Position numbers and translations under genes: made by a program. The notes under the pieces are model-generated. The model was not told where the DNA came from. It saw nothing but the letters and a program-made list of their open reading frames with translations, and ran no database searches. This document shows, piece by piece, positions 15,910-28,900 of a stretch of 49,798 nucleotides of DNA. The stretch is from Tubiluchus corallicola. Lineage: Eukaryota; Animalia; Priapulida. Location of the stretch: NCBI GenBank assembly GCA_030141605.1, contig JAQGDQ010001280.1:1-49798 (forward strand), read 5' to 3'. How positions within the stretch are numbered: position 1 is the stretch's first letter; each line of letters starts with the position of its first letter.

Positions 15910-17465
15910 AAAAGTTAATTTATAAAAGTAGAGACTTCATAGGTAGAAAAACATAATATAAGTTTTTATGTGTGATATTTTGCACGCGAAATGTAAATAT
16001 CATTTCAATCTTTTTCAGTATTCACCATTTTTAAAGCAGCAAAAGTATGAATATTAAAAAAGAGTGACATTTATATGTGACAACCAATCGCAAAACGACA
16101 GGCAAAACGCCAGATTAATTGCGATTAAATATTGAGTTATTTTATACTCAATAAAAAAAAATTCACTTTCATTTCTATACAAAGTTGCACAGTTTTTGTA
16201 AATATCTACACTTTAATCGGTTTTAATAACTGTTTTCATATTCTGCAGAATATGGCAAAGTGACTGTAAAAAATTCAAGTATGACTGTCATACGTCGCCC
16301 AATTAAAATAATTAAAAAAATCCGTCAAATTAAAAACAAACACATAAAGAAAATGGATAATTTAATGGATTTCAATTTTTTGTGGCTTGACTGCTTACCT
16401 GCCCGGCAGAATTATTGCAATGAATCACTGGACTGTCGAAATTGAAAGCTAACATGTATGGCCACTGTTCAGAAGGCAGTGGGTTCAATTCTCGAGCTTA
16501 CCAAACATTTTTAGTGAAGGGTTTCTAAAGCTAGGCTCTTCGCTTTTCCTCACAGCATTCACTGCTTTTGAATATCGTGGAAAAATATGTTTTATATTCT
16601 GAAAATCAGTGATGTGTTGTGAAAATAGACTATCTAGTCTAATCTAATCTAATCTTTTCTTTTCTTTTCTTTATTTATTTGTGCTAGTTTCCAGACTGGC
16701 ATACGTAGTGATGTATTATTAGTGAAATTCGGCGAATGTGTGAAACAGCATTAGTATTTTCTGAAGTACAGTTATAGACAAAGCGTTCCTACACACGACT
16801 TTATCATTAGAAATCCAGGAAAATCTCGAAGAAGTCCCTGCTGGTGCTGTATCTTGTACTGTTGCATATATTAACATAATTATTTTGCGCAAGTGCTCAG
16901 GCCACAAACTTGCTTATAGTGAATGTATTTTCACGTTTTTAGTGCTTCGTGTGCGTGGGTTTCTTGTGCTTAAAACTGTCAGAGTTTGCAGTATAACATT
17001 AGCAGTTTCCATTGAAAATGGTTTGCAAATTAATTGCTTATATGTTGACGAGTTTTGTGTGTTTTGGTTTAATCACTGACAAATGTTATGGACGCTCTGT
17101 GTTTACGTCAGCACCAAGAAGAAGCATTGGTGAATTACATCCCCAAACTCAACAAAGTAAGATTCATAAGGCAAATGAAGTATCGTACTGCAGTGTAATT
17201 ATTGCATATGTTTTTATTTTGAATAATTTACACTAACTTTGTAAATGTGCTACGATGCTGTTTTCAATTTTTTATTCATTTCAAGTAGAACGGCTTTTGT
17301 AAAATATGAATGCAATTCTATTTCAAACCAGGTAGAAAACCTTTAACCCTTTCCTTGTAATATATACGTTAATTAATTAATTTATTCTACCTATCTATAT
17401 ATGTATCGTTTAATCGAACTTTTCCTATATATTTTATGCATTATCTAGACGTCGTATAACATGTA

Positions 17466-17673
<208 letters not shown>

Positions 17674-19234
17674 ATGAGTTTATTTTGCACAAAAATTATA
17701 CAGCTTACAAAGACAATAAATGTTAGTAAAACAGGCAATGGGATGTTAGTAAAGTAACATATCTACACGTATATAGTATAATTATTTATTTATTTGTACA
17801 TTGTTTATTTATTTCTTTATCTGAACTCATTCATTGGTTAATTAATTAATTTTTTAATTATTTTTTATTAAGCGTTGATGTATAAACATCAGCGCTTTTA
17901 CCTAAATCACAGAACTTTGAACTGCTGCTTAATATTTCACAAAGGTTTCCTCTATTGGTAGCAATTTTAATTTTTTTGTTTGTGCTACTTTTTCCTAATA
18001 GTTTACTCAAACGTGCAGGGAAGCAGTAATAAAAATCTAAACCAAACGATGTCTTCTTTAAATTGAAAGGTCTAGCGAGCCTGTCTTATTTTGCAATCCT
18101 TTTTCTATACGTATTCATTTCTTACCCCGTTCGTGTAAAATTTTCACTCTAATTATTAATTTTCATTATTAGTTTCGTGTTGAGCGGCTTTGTCGACTCA
18201 CAAATTACTTTTACATTTAAAGCAAAACCAGACCCAATCTTAAACTGTAGATCAAAACATTCTGCTCTTTAAAATATTGAAAGGGATCGTACAGTTTTTG
18301 TCAAAAATGACTTACGTGAAAGAATTATTACCACATAAACACAATTTCGCGTCCGCGCCACTAGTTCTTCGCTGCTACATGCACTAGCGCCTGTATTTCG
18401 GAAATGCATTGCACAAAAAAACAGGTGCTGTGCCTCTTATTTCAGACGTGTTAGTTTGTGACGTACTGTATACGTTCGACTGCTCGCGCGCGTGCATAGC
18501 AGTAAATTTGAAATTTGAATTTCTATCTTAACACTTGCCTCGTTTTAGTACAACACCCTGAATATCTTACAGTAGCACTATACTTTTTCGCTTTCGCAAA
18601 CACGTGCAACACGCTCGTGGAATATTTTTGCAGTATTAATTGTGCTGAAATGTATACTTTTTTCAGACTTGAAAATGGGGAATGTATGAAAAATCATCCT
18701 GTTCTCGTTTAAAGGAAGATTTTCTTTGGCCACCCTGTAGTATATCTATCCCCACCTTTCTAATGTAGGCTGCTCACAGAATGTTTTTGTTGTTGAAAAC
18801 TATGTTCGTTTGTGATGTCATCAACAGTTGGGCTCGCCCGTCGTTAATTAAGTTTTTAATCCGTTATTAAATTATCAAAAACCCATTTGGATTATTAATT
18901 GTGTTAAAAGGTACACTTTTTACCGGAATTCAAAATGGGGAAGTATATGAAAAATCATCCTGTCTTCCTTCAAACGTTCATGACGTTTTCCTTTCTCTTT
19001 TGGGAAAGAGACAACACAAAAACACGGAAATAAAGGGGATGCCAAAGGTGTGAATAATCATAAGTTTTTGTAGAGTAGTCATCCGCGTACTTATAGCTCC
19101 TGAAGAAAAGCAATGCTCGGTCTGGTTGTAAGTAGGTGAATTCCCCGGTTGTTTTCCTGGTCGAAAGAGTGTTTATATCCAAGCGTTGCTAAAACATCAA
19201 CCTACTGGCTTGGCAGTTGACTATTTTATGTTCA

Positions 19235-19855
19235 ACGATAGTTTAAACATAATTTATTTAGGATTAGATCAGACAGTTTGTACAACATGATTTAGGATCC
19301 TCACCACAACAGACTTTATACACTATTTATAAGAACATTTACAGTAAGAATAGACTATACTTAGTTTTCAGTATACTTTAATATATTAAAGTTTTACTAC
19401 AGTGATACATTAGACATTAGTAGAAAATGACGGTTAGTAAATATTAATGTACGATTATTTAAGAATGATGCATTTCATATCAGATAGAAACTACTGGAAG
19501 CGTTTAGTACGTAATATAAAGTCATGTATGCATTGGAATATTCTACAGTTAGCAACATAGTTAAATTCATCTTTTCCGATTAATAACAACTTCAACAGAT
19601 CATTATTTCCTAAGGCAGCTATATTAAGGTTTTCAGGCAGAAGTATTTCATTTAGCTTATCAAACACAACAGCCCTAGTTTGTTGATACAATGGGCAGTG
19701 CAACAAAAAGTGTTCAACAGACTCAAATCGAAATCCACAGTTACAATTGGGCAATATTGGATGACCGTTATTATCTTCACAGCCTTTAGAGAAAAGGTCA
19801 AAGGTCATAGTTTAGCTGAGAAAATCCGATTCTCATGCGCGTATGATGCACTGAA
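19235..19855 (-). mobile_element. LINE (CR1-like) ORF2 C-terminus with CCHC knuckle plus 3' UTR
   Basis: CNCG...ESVEHFLLHCPLYQQTR...FILRTKRF*. Confidence 0.8.
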
Positions 19856-19869
19856 ATTGGAGGTTTGCC

Positions 19870-20340
19870 AAATGAAAAATGTTTCTTACGCAACGAAAAA
19901 CGTAAAATCTTCAACGATATGATGGGTAATGAACTAGGATCCGGCCCTGCCACAAAGGACATACATAGGCTGTTCCACTGAGCACAGAAAAAGCAGTAAA
20001 AGTGACTGACAATGAATTCTTTACGTTTCAGGCTCTCCGTCTGATAATCAGGAAATGCTTAATTGCTCATCCAATGAAGACTGTCGCCAAAAGATGGTCG
20101 ATTACATACGCCTGTTACTGAAGATGATGAAACATGGCCGCTAGTATTAGGTCTATGGTGGACCCCTGTTCAGTGATAAATTCATTATGGGACTTGTGAT
20201 TCTCCAACGTCTACCATTTCGAAACACGACAACATATACATTGGAATTTTAATAAAAAGGAAAGGGTTATACAGCAATTAATGCTTTGCAAGAGGATCTG
20301 GTACTAAGAAATTGGCTTACAGACTGAACAGAGCCAAAAT
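19870..20340 (-). mobile_element. Possible highly decayed DIRS/Ngaro-type reverse transcriptase fragment
   Basis: Frame-broken motifs NGRRWRI...MNLS and HHIVEDFTFFV (compare HYLDDFxF). Weak. Confidence 0.3.
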
Positions 20341-21159
20341 TTTTTGTATGGTTAATTAATTTATGTGACTACAAGCTTGTTTGTGATACACAACGCGTAA
20401 TTTGTTTGCAATTAAGTTTTAATAAAGGTTTATTATTAACATAATTATTGTAATTATTATTTTAATGTTCAAGCTTGACGAATAAAGTGTTCAAGCAGGA
20501 GACGAATAAAGTAGCGCAATTACTATAGAATTTTTTGTTTTTCATGTGTTATAACTGGCCAGAAGTTTTTTATCACATTGTTTTGTTGTATGAAGGAAGT
20601 AGATTTAGGTTCTAGCCCCTTGATCATTTTGCATTTTGCGCAAATGTTCCCGCTAGAGCTGCGTTCATCGTTCCGGTTAGCACTGTGCTGCCACCTGGTG
20701 CAGAAAATGTAAAATTTATTTATCAAGCGCATTACATCAATTTAAAATCTCTGAACGCTGAACAATAAAATACGTTTAAAATTCACAAGAAACATGAAAT
20801 TTAAAATATAAAAAAAATGAAAATAATTTACCGTAAGAAGTACAATTTAAACAAACGTGTTTTAAAGTGTTGTTTTAAAACGATCTAATGAATTTGTACA
20901 ACGTGTAGCACAGGTAGGTTATTCCAGAGGCCTGCAGCACAGACAGAAAAACCCTTTCACTATAAAATACTGTATTAGGAATTAGCTGATGTAAATTAAT
21001 TTGTTCATTATCATTAGAACGAAGTGTTTGACTTATGTTACGGCGTATTAAAAGATCAGTAAGGTACGCAGGTGCCAAATCATGTAGTATTTTGTAGGTG
21101 ATGCAAAGAATTTTTAAATTGAATTCAGAACTTTATCGGCAGCCAATGTAGCTCTCTTA

Positions 21160-21468
21160 TAGGTTTTACGCGTCAAATGTGGACACAGGAAAGTTCAAAT
21201 GTGATTTGGGTAAGTCAAATGTAGACATAGGAATTTCGAATGTGTTTTGGGCAACTCAAATGTGACTTAGGTAAGTCAAATGTAGACATAGGACATTTGA
21301 CTTGACATGTGTCTACATTTGACTTACCAAAAACGCTTAAGATTTGTTGAAAACCATTGTTAACACATCCGAACCGCCTAAGTCTACATTTGAGTTACCA
21401 AGACACATTTGAATTACCTAAATCTACATTTGAATTAACGTAGGTCTACATTTGCTGTGTAAAACCTA
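21160..21468. mobile_element. Palindromic MITE with TA target duplication (Tc1/mariner-like), inserted in a LINE
   Basis: TA|TAGGTTTTAC ... GTAAAACCTA|TA, with internal TCAAATGTAGAC / GTCTACATTTGA subrepeats. Removing it restores the LINE frame YDHNTSMLRELHWLP. Confidence 0.8.
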
Positions 21469-21516
21469 TAGCATGGATGTATTATGATCATATTTTCTAG
21501 TTTTCGTAATGACACT

Positions 21517-22248
21517 CAGCGGCGGATTATGATTTTATGGGCCTTAGGCTTGAGCTTGGAACGGGCCTTTTAAATGTTGCTACACTGCTGAGCTGACGTG
21601 ACTATATAAACACGATTACAGCTTGGTGAGTTTCTCGGTCAGATGTCAACTAAGTTTGTCTTCATCCCAACGAGAAGAGTTTGACTCATTCGAAAAAAGC
21701 GGCAAGTCAAAATCAAGTCATATCAATTACGAAGAAGAAATGACAAGAAAACGAAAGAGAAGCGAGAAACTGAGACGAAATGATGGAGCTGCGGGGTGAA
21801 ACTGAGTTCAGCCCTCGTGATTCATTCCGTGTAAATGTCTTTCTTTCTATCATAGATCACCTATGTGCTGCATTAGATAAACGCATTAGTGCATATGATA
21901 ATAACTGACATATGAAATTATAACTGACTTTGCCTCCAGAAGAATTCGGAAACTGAAATTTTGAACTTAAACTTAAACTGTGTAAACGTGAATTGTGTAA
22001 ACTTAAACTGTGAAAACGTGAATTGTGTAAACTTAAATTGTGTAAACTTAAATTGTGTAAACTTGATTTGTGTAAACTTAAATTGTGTAAACTTGAATTG
22101 TGTAAACTTAAATTGTGTAAACTTGAATTGTGTAAACTTAAATTGTGTAAACTTGATTTGTGTAAACCCGATTTGAAATATAATGACTGACTTTTGATCC
22201 CGGGCCTTAGGCTTCAGCCTATTCAGCCTATAGGGCTATCCGCTACAG
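21517..22248. mobile_element. hAT-like MITE with 8-bp TSD
   Basis: ATGACACT flanks both sides (21509-21516 and 22249-22256). Termini are CAGCGGCGGAT ... ATCCGCTACAG. It contains a 15-bp minisatellite. Confidence 0.8.
21961..22170. repeat. 15-bp minisatellite (AATTGTGTAAACTTA)n inside the hAT MITE
   Basis: About 13 tandem units, which produce the spurious (NCVNL)n ORF. Confidence 0.9.
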
Positions 22249-22499
22249 ATGACACTAGTTTCAGTTTAGCACACGGGGCTCCTGTGACATAAACCTCAGT
22301 GTTTACCAAGTTGAACTACAGATGGCGGTGCTTGAGAACAAGGAATACCAGAACAGTTCAAGTCAGAATTTTGAGATTGTTTTCTTCCGCGACCACACAA
22401 TCTGCACAAAGATCGCGCGGTCTCAAAAATGATGGATGGGCATCGAACCTTCGAGTTCGAATATTCGAATTCGAATAATTCACACTTCATGCAGAATTA

Positions 22500-22885
22500 T
22501 GGACAATCAAAGCTCAACACGAAGCAGAAATTGATGCATTTCAAAGAAGAAACTACAGGAACGTTCCAGGAATAAAATGGCCAAAGAAAATATCAAGTCA
22601 GGCTCTGTATAAGAAAGTCAAGGCAGAGGAATGGACAGTTTAAATCAAGTGAAGATTAAGATGTATAGGACATGTTATACGACTACCAGATGACAGTCCA
22701 TTAAAATTAGTTTTCAAAGAAGAAGTTGCAGGAAGAAAAGAAACCACAAGGAGGACAGCTGCTGACTTACATCAATTTCATCCAAAAAGATCTTATCTAC
22801 ACACCATTAGATATCAAAAATACAGAGACATGGGAGGTTGCGGGTGACCGGGCAGCATGGAGTAAAGTGATCAGGAGGGTCATGT
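22500..22885 (+). mobile_element. RTE-clade LINE 3' fragment
   Basis: IDAFQRRNYRNVPGIKWPKKIS...IGHVIRLPDDSP...TWEVAGDRAAW. Confidence 0.75.
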
Positions 22886-23227
22886 CAAACGACGTGCGAC
22901 TCCAGAGACATGGGAGGTTGCGGGTGACAGGGCAGCACGGAGTAAAGTGATCAGGAGGGTCATGTCAAACGACGTGCGACTCCAGAGACATGGGAGGCTG
23001 CGGGTGACAGGGGAGCACGGAGTAAAGTGATCAGGAGGGTCATGTCGAATGACGTGTGACTCCAGAGACATGGGAGGCTGCGGGTGACAGAGCAGCTTGG
23101 AGTAAAGTGATCAGGAGGGTCATGTCAAACGACGTGTGACTCCAGAGACATGGGAGGCTGCGTGTGACAGGGCAGCATGGAGTAAAGTGAACAGGGGGGT
23201 CATGTCAAACAGCGTAGACTCCAGAGA
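22823..23227. repeat. 5 x 80-bp tandem repeat of the RTE 3' end
   Basis: Unit starts at 22823, 22903, 22983, 23063 and 23143. Confidence 0.9.
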
Positions 23228-24243
23228 TGATGAGTACACGCTTCAACTGCATACGCTCCTTATTATTAAAACGTTTAAAATTATTATTATAAGAAATTTA
23301 TTAAATGAAGGATGTTATATCGCAAATTCAACAAAAATCTAAGTCAATAAACGTGCAAATTAAACAGAAATGCAATACTTTGTTTATTTGTTAGGCGTGT
23401 GTAAGGCGAAAACACACACAACTCCAAAAAACAGGACCGAGACCGAACCGGATGCTTAACTGAATCCGGAAGGGCCGAACCGAAACCGAATGCGCTAATT
23501 TTATTTTCATCCTATTTAAGGAGATAGTTTCCAATTGTGTTTGTGGCGTGTTAGCTACAGGCACGCCAATCTGTTAATGTGTTACTATCTTATTTCGCGC
23601 GCGCAAGTTTTCCTTGTGGTATGTAAGTTTTACGTGCGCATGCGCAAGACATTTGCGCAGTGTACATGCGCAGTCATGTATTTGTTGGCCTTGATGCTGC
23701 AATTACTTCAAATTTGAGTTTTGTATCAGTGTTTAATTTCTTTGGTTTCAAGATTTTTCTTTGGTTACAAGAGATTGTATTGACAATTGACAGTACTGCT
23801 TCACACTTGGAGTTTTAGGCTCAAAATTTCTGCTTTTGTACAAAAGATATACGCAAGATGGCTCTCACATACCACTAGTATATATATATATATATATGCA
23901 CTATAATCATTAATGCAGAACTTTTCAGTCGATATAAATCATTATAAGTCACCACTAAACGTTCTAAAGCTTATAATCCAGAGAAAATATTTACTTGGTG
24001 TGCCATAACTGCTACTAAGAAAGGAGGGGTCCAGGACGCTTTTGCCCTTTTGCCCACCCCCTAAATCCACCATTGGTTGCTAATAAAATGTAAGATAGCA
24101 TTGTGACGTATATCTGCTTCTCACCTGAGCTATCGACGTTTTTATGAATCTACTCGAACAAGAAGTCGGGAACGAATAACAAATTCACCGTGAACTTTAT
24201 CTTAGAGAATTCACATTACATTAAAAACAAGATTTTAGTTTAA

Positions 24244-24690
24244 CCCTTTCAGTCCCAAATTGTTTTTTTAATAACAAAGAATTTTTTGGCTTGGTACTTT
24301 TGTTCAGTATGTCCATCTTGTTTACACATAATAATTATTTTTTCTACCTGTGCCTGTATCCTGTGCTAAATATAGCCTGTATCCCACGGGATACATTGGG
24401 ATTCAGTGGAAGCATAAAATGTGCTTCATTTTGCAACTGCTGATAATTTTTTAAAGTATTTAAGACATTTAGTATGCACGCTATGCTGATCTGTACAAAG
24501 TCGTCTCTAAAGTACTGTACCTTGCGCAGTTTTTTATGCTATGTAGATTTTCTAGTTTGCCATTTTATCACCATTTTAGTCTATTGTTATTGGCTTAAAT
24601 CAAAATAACTATTAACAGTTTTAAAATTTTATTAATTTCAAAGGCAGAAAATATTCTCGTATCCCGCGGGATACAACGGGTATGAAAGGT
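24244..24690. mobile_element. piggyBac-like MITE, copy 2 (same family as 290-745)
   Basis: Near-identical to 290-745 in the same orientation. The left TTAA is intact and the right end is mutated (AAAGGT|TCAA). Confidence 0.8.
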
Positions 24691-25184
24691 TCAATTTCTT
24701 ACGGAATGTTAAGTAACAGTTGTGTAGCTTGTCGTACATTATACCGAAATATTTAGATCTTTCTTGTAAATGGAGATGCGTTTATGCCTTCCAGTAATGT
24801 CTGTAATTAAAACATTTTAATGACCTACAGCAACTGCGCGTGCGCACAACGCAGCTGTGAAAAGGTTGCTTATTACTGATAGTTTAGCTACTACTATTAA
24901 TTGAAAACTAAAGCCAGTGTTCTCATTAGCGTTTTCCGCTTGCAGCGTTGTTGTGTTGTTGTGTTGTTGTGCTAAACGAAATCCTGAAACAGAAGTCACA
25001 GAATTTTTTGCATATACAACCATTAAATACGTAAACAACTACTGCTAAAGCAATAAAGAAAATAACTATGCAAAAATTTAATGCTTGTGTCCATTTATCT
25101 TACTGTTATCTGATGCACATCTAATTGAAACATTTTAATCACAATGAAGGTAACAAAAAGAACATGGACGAAAAACAAATTTGA

Positions 25185-25801
25185 ATAAAATTTGGCATAA
25201 CTGACATTGCGTCCATAATCAAGATTGTGTCCTTTTTAGGACAAAATGATCCCTTCCTATTTTGCTTTTCTTCCCTTTTGTTCATTTTTACCCTCTTTAT
25301 TTCTCTGTTTTTTTCTATAATTCTTTCTCTTGTTGACATAATAATCAAATTTGCCTATTTTCACGGTGGTTTCACAAGAGTTGCTTCTTTACCTCCGTGC
25401 AGCACCTCTTTCTGATTAATAAACTATTAAGTAGCTTAGTAACTACTTACTAAATTTGACATATTCCTACAGAAAAAGAGTTAGAATACAAAACTGAAAT
25501 GTACAAAACTGTAGAAAAAAATTTAATTACTGAATAACACGTTGAACGGTTGAGCTATGCGAGACCAACAAATGATGAAAAAATGGCGGCCTGTATCACG
25601 CTTGCTATTGAATTCTGTTTTGTGCACGTTTTTCTTTTGGTTTGTTTTTTCTCGTTTGCTCATTTTAAAAGCAATAAATGACTGCAAAAGAATTCAAGAC
25701 AAATTTGTTAATCCTAATGAAACTATAGCAGCAACAAACTTTCTTTTCGCTAACTTTAAATTTAGTAAAAAAAATGGTAGAATAGACTGCATTTGAATGT
25801 G
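25185..25801 (+). repeat. Left arm of a 0.6 kb inverted repeat flanking gene 1
   Basis: Reverse-complement match to 30566-31178. It also shows up as near-identical ORFs MRDQQMMKKWRP (+) and MRHQQMMKKWRP (-). Confidence 0.9.
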
Positions 25802-25916
25802 TAACTAATTACTAGATTTGACATGATCCCACAGAAAAAGAGCTTGAACACAAAACGGTAGCAAAAAAAGTTAATAACCTTGTAACTATAGTTGCTCCAT
25901 GGCTGCAGTCAAAAAG

Positions 25917-28900
25917 TTACTCTATCATCTTATGGGGTTGCTGTGATGTTGGAAGCACACAGTCGTTATAGGTTGGATCTGAAATCAGACACTTACAGAC
26001 GGTGTGCTGGGTCTGCCGCGCGTGACTTCCGGACGCTATAGATTCTTGTTCATTGGTGTCAGGTTCAACTGGCGTGATTTCTGACCGAGTCCGTGGCCGC
26101 TGGGTTTGCCGCACGTGACGTCCGGACGCTATAGATTCTTGTTCATTGGTGTCAGATTCAACTGGCGCGATTTTTGACCGAGTCCGTGGCCGATGGGTCT
26201 GCCGCGCGTGACGTCCGGACGCTATAGATTCTTGTTCATTGGTGTCATGTTCAACTGGCGCGATTTTTGACCGAGTCCGTGGCCGCTGGGTTTGCCGCAC
26301 GCGACGTCCGGACGCTAGAGTTTCTTGTTCATTAGTGTCATGTTCAACTGGTGCGATTTTTGACCGAGTCCGTGGCCGCTGGGTTTGCCGCACGCGACGT
26401 CTGGACGCTATAGATTCTTGTTCATTAGTTTCATGTTCAACTGGTGCGATTTCTGACCGAGTCCGTGGCCGCTGGGTTTGCCGCACGCGACGTCCGGACG
26501 CTATAGATTCTTGTTCATTAGTGTCAGGTTCAACTGGCATGATTTCTGACCGAGTCCGTGGCCAATGGGTTTGCAGCACGCGACGTCCAGACGCTATAGA
26601 TTCTTGTTCATTAGTGTCATGTTCAACTGGTGCGATTTTTGACCGAGTCCGTGTCCGCTTACACAATATGACCAAACCTGTCAACAATACTAACACGTAA
26701 AGAAACGCTAAAAGGATGGCAAGACTTGCTAAGGCACCAAGGGATGTCCGTTGGTCATGTTTTACAATGGGACTAAGTGGGGGCAGTGGATGAGTGCAGT
26801 ATTTTCCACATGAGCCGAAGTCACAGCATTTCTCAATCCCACCACAATCGTTGTCCTTGTTGCACGTTCCTGTCGGACAGTTGTTTGCATCCAATGTCTT
26901 GTTGGGAGTGCACTTTCCCGTCTTAGTCAGTATGCCGCAGTTCTTTCCCGAAAACGCTTCCAGACACGTGCATCTGTACGAATTGCTAGGCGTGTCGATG
27001 GTACAAGTTCCGCTGTACAGACAGGGGAACGAAGCGCATGCGTTGAACGTGCTACAGTTCTTCCCAAGATAACCCTGTTTGCAAGAACACGTGTACCAGT
27101 TGCCCGTATTAAGGCACGCTGCCCCGTTCTGGCATGGTTTGTCTCTGCAAAAGTCCCTTATTTCGCAAGAGTCCCCCAGGTACCCATCTGGACAGGTGCA
27201 GTTGAAGGAACTGTAGTGGTTAGTGCAGGTTCCAGAATTCTGGCACGGTTTGTCTCTGCAAAAGTCCCTTATTTCGCAAGAGTCTCCCAAGTACCCATCT
27301 GGACAGGTGCAATTGAAGAAACTGTTGTGGTTGTTGCAGATTCCAGAATTCAGGCACGGTTTGTATCTGCAAAAGTTTCTTATTTCGCAAGAGTCCCCTA
27401 GGTACCCATCTTGACAGGTGCAATTGAAGGAACTGTTGTGGTTGTTGCAGATTCCAGAATTCTGGCACGGTTTGTCTCTGCAAAAGTCCCTTATTTCGCA
27501 AGAGTCTCCCAAGTACCCATCTGGACAGGTGCAATTGAAGGAACTGTTGTAGTTATTGCAGGTTCCAGAATTCTGGCACGGTTTGTCTCTGCAAAAGTCC
27601 CTTATTTCGCAAGAGTCCCCTAGGTACCCATCTTGACAGGTGCAATTGAAGGAACTGTAGTGGTTAGTGCAGGTTCCAGAATTCTGGCACGGTTTGTCTC
27701 TGCAAAAGTCCCTTATTTCGCAAGAGTCCCCCAGGTACCCATCTGGACAGGTGCAGTTGAAGGAACTGTAGTGGTTAGTACAGGTTCCAGAATTCTGGCA
27801 CGGTTTGTCTCTGCAAAAGTCAATTATTTCGCAAATGTCTCCCAAGTACCCATCTGGACAGGTGCAATTGAAGGAATTGTTGTGGTTGTTGCAGATTCCA
27901 GAATTCTGGCACGGTTTGTCTCTGCAAAAGTCCCTTATTTCGCAAGAGTCTCCCAAGTACCCATCTGGACAGGTGCAATTGAAGGAACTGTAGTGGTTAG
28001 TGCAGGTTCCAGAATTCTGGCACGGTTTGTCTCTGCAAAAGTCAATTATTTCGCAAGAGTCCCCCAGGTACCCATCTGGACAGGTGCAATTGAAGGAACT
28101 GTAGTGGTTAGTGCAGGTTCCAGAATTCTGGCACGGTTTGTCTCTGCAAAAGTCAATTATTTCGCAAGAGTCTCCCAAGTACCCATCTGGACAGGTGCAA
28201 TTGAAGGAATTGTTGTGGTTGTTGCAGATTCCAGAATTCTGGCACGGTTTGTCTCTGCAAAAGTCCCTTATTTCGCAAGAGTCCCCTAGGTACCCATCTT
28301 GACAGGTGCAATTGAAGGAACTGTAGTGGTTAGTGCAGGTTCCAGAATTCTGGCACGGTTTGTTTCTGCAAAAGTCCCTTATTTCGCAAGAGTCCCCCAG
28401 GTACCCATCAGGACAGGTGCAATTGAAGGAACTGTAGTGGTTAGTACAGGTTCCAGAATTCTGGCACGGTTTGTCTCTGCAAAAGTCCCTTATTTCGCAA
28501 GAGTCTCCCAAGTACCCATCTGGACAGGTGCAATTGAAGGAACTGTAGTGGTTAGTGCAGGTTCCAGAATTCTGGCACGGTTTGTCTCTGCAAAAGTCCC
28601 TTATTTCGCAAGAGTCCCCCAGGTACCCATCTGGACAGGTGCAATTGAAGGAACTGTAGTGGTTAGTACAGGTTCCAGAATTCTGGCACGGTTTGTCTCT
28701 GCAAAAGTCAATTATTTCACAAGAGTCCCCCAGGTACCCATCTGGACAGGTGCAATTGAAGGAACTGTAGTGGTTATTGCAGATTCCAGAATTCTGGCAC
28801 GGTTTGTCTCTGCAAAAATCCCATATTTCGCAAGAGTCCCCCAGGTACCCATCTGGACAGGTGCAATTGAAGGAACTGTAGTGGTTAGTACAGATTCCAG

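Larger units (their letters stand above)
20850..22270 (-). mobile_element. L2-like LINE ORF2 fragment interrupted by two MITEs
   Basis: TKTRKYDHNTSML/RELHWLP...YKILHDLAPAYLTDLL...LRS...LWNNLP. Confidence 0.75.

Noticed and set aside
25557-25796. Duplicated small ORF MRDQQMMKKW (also 30507-30803) as a gene
   Set aside because: The similarity is explained by the inverted repeat, the ends differ by a frameshift, and there is no recognisable domain.
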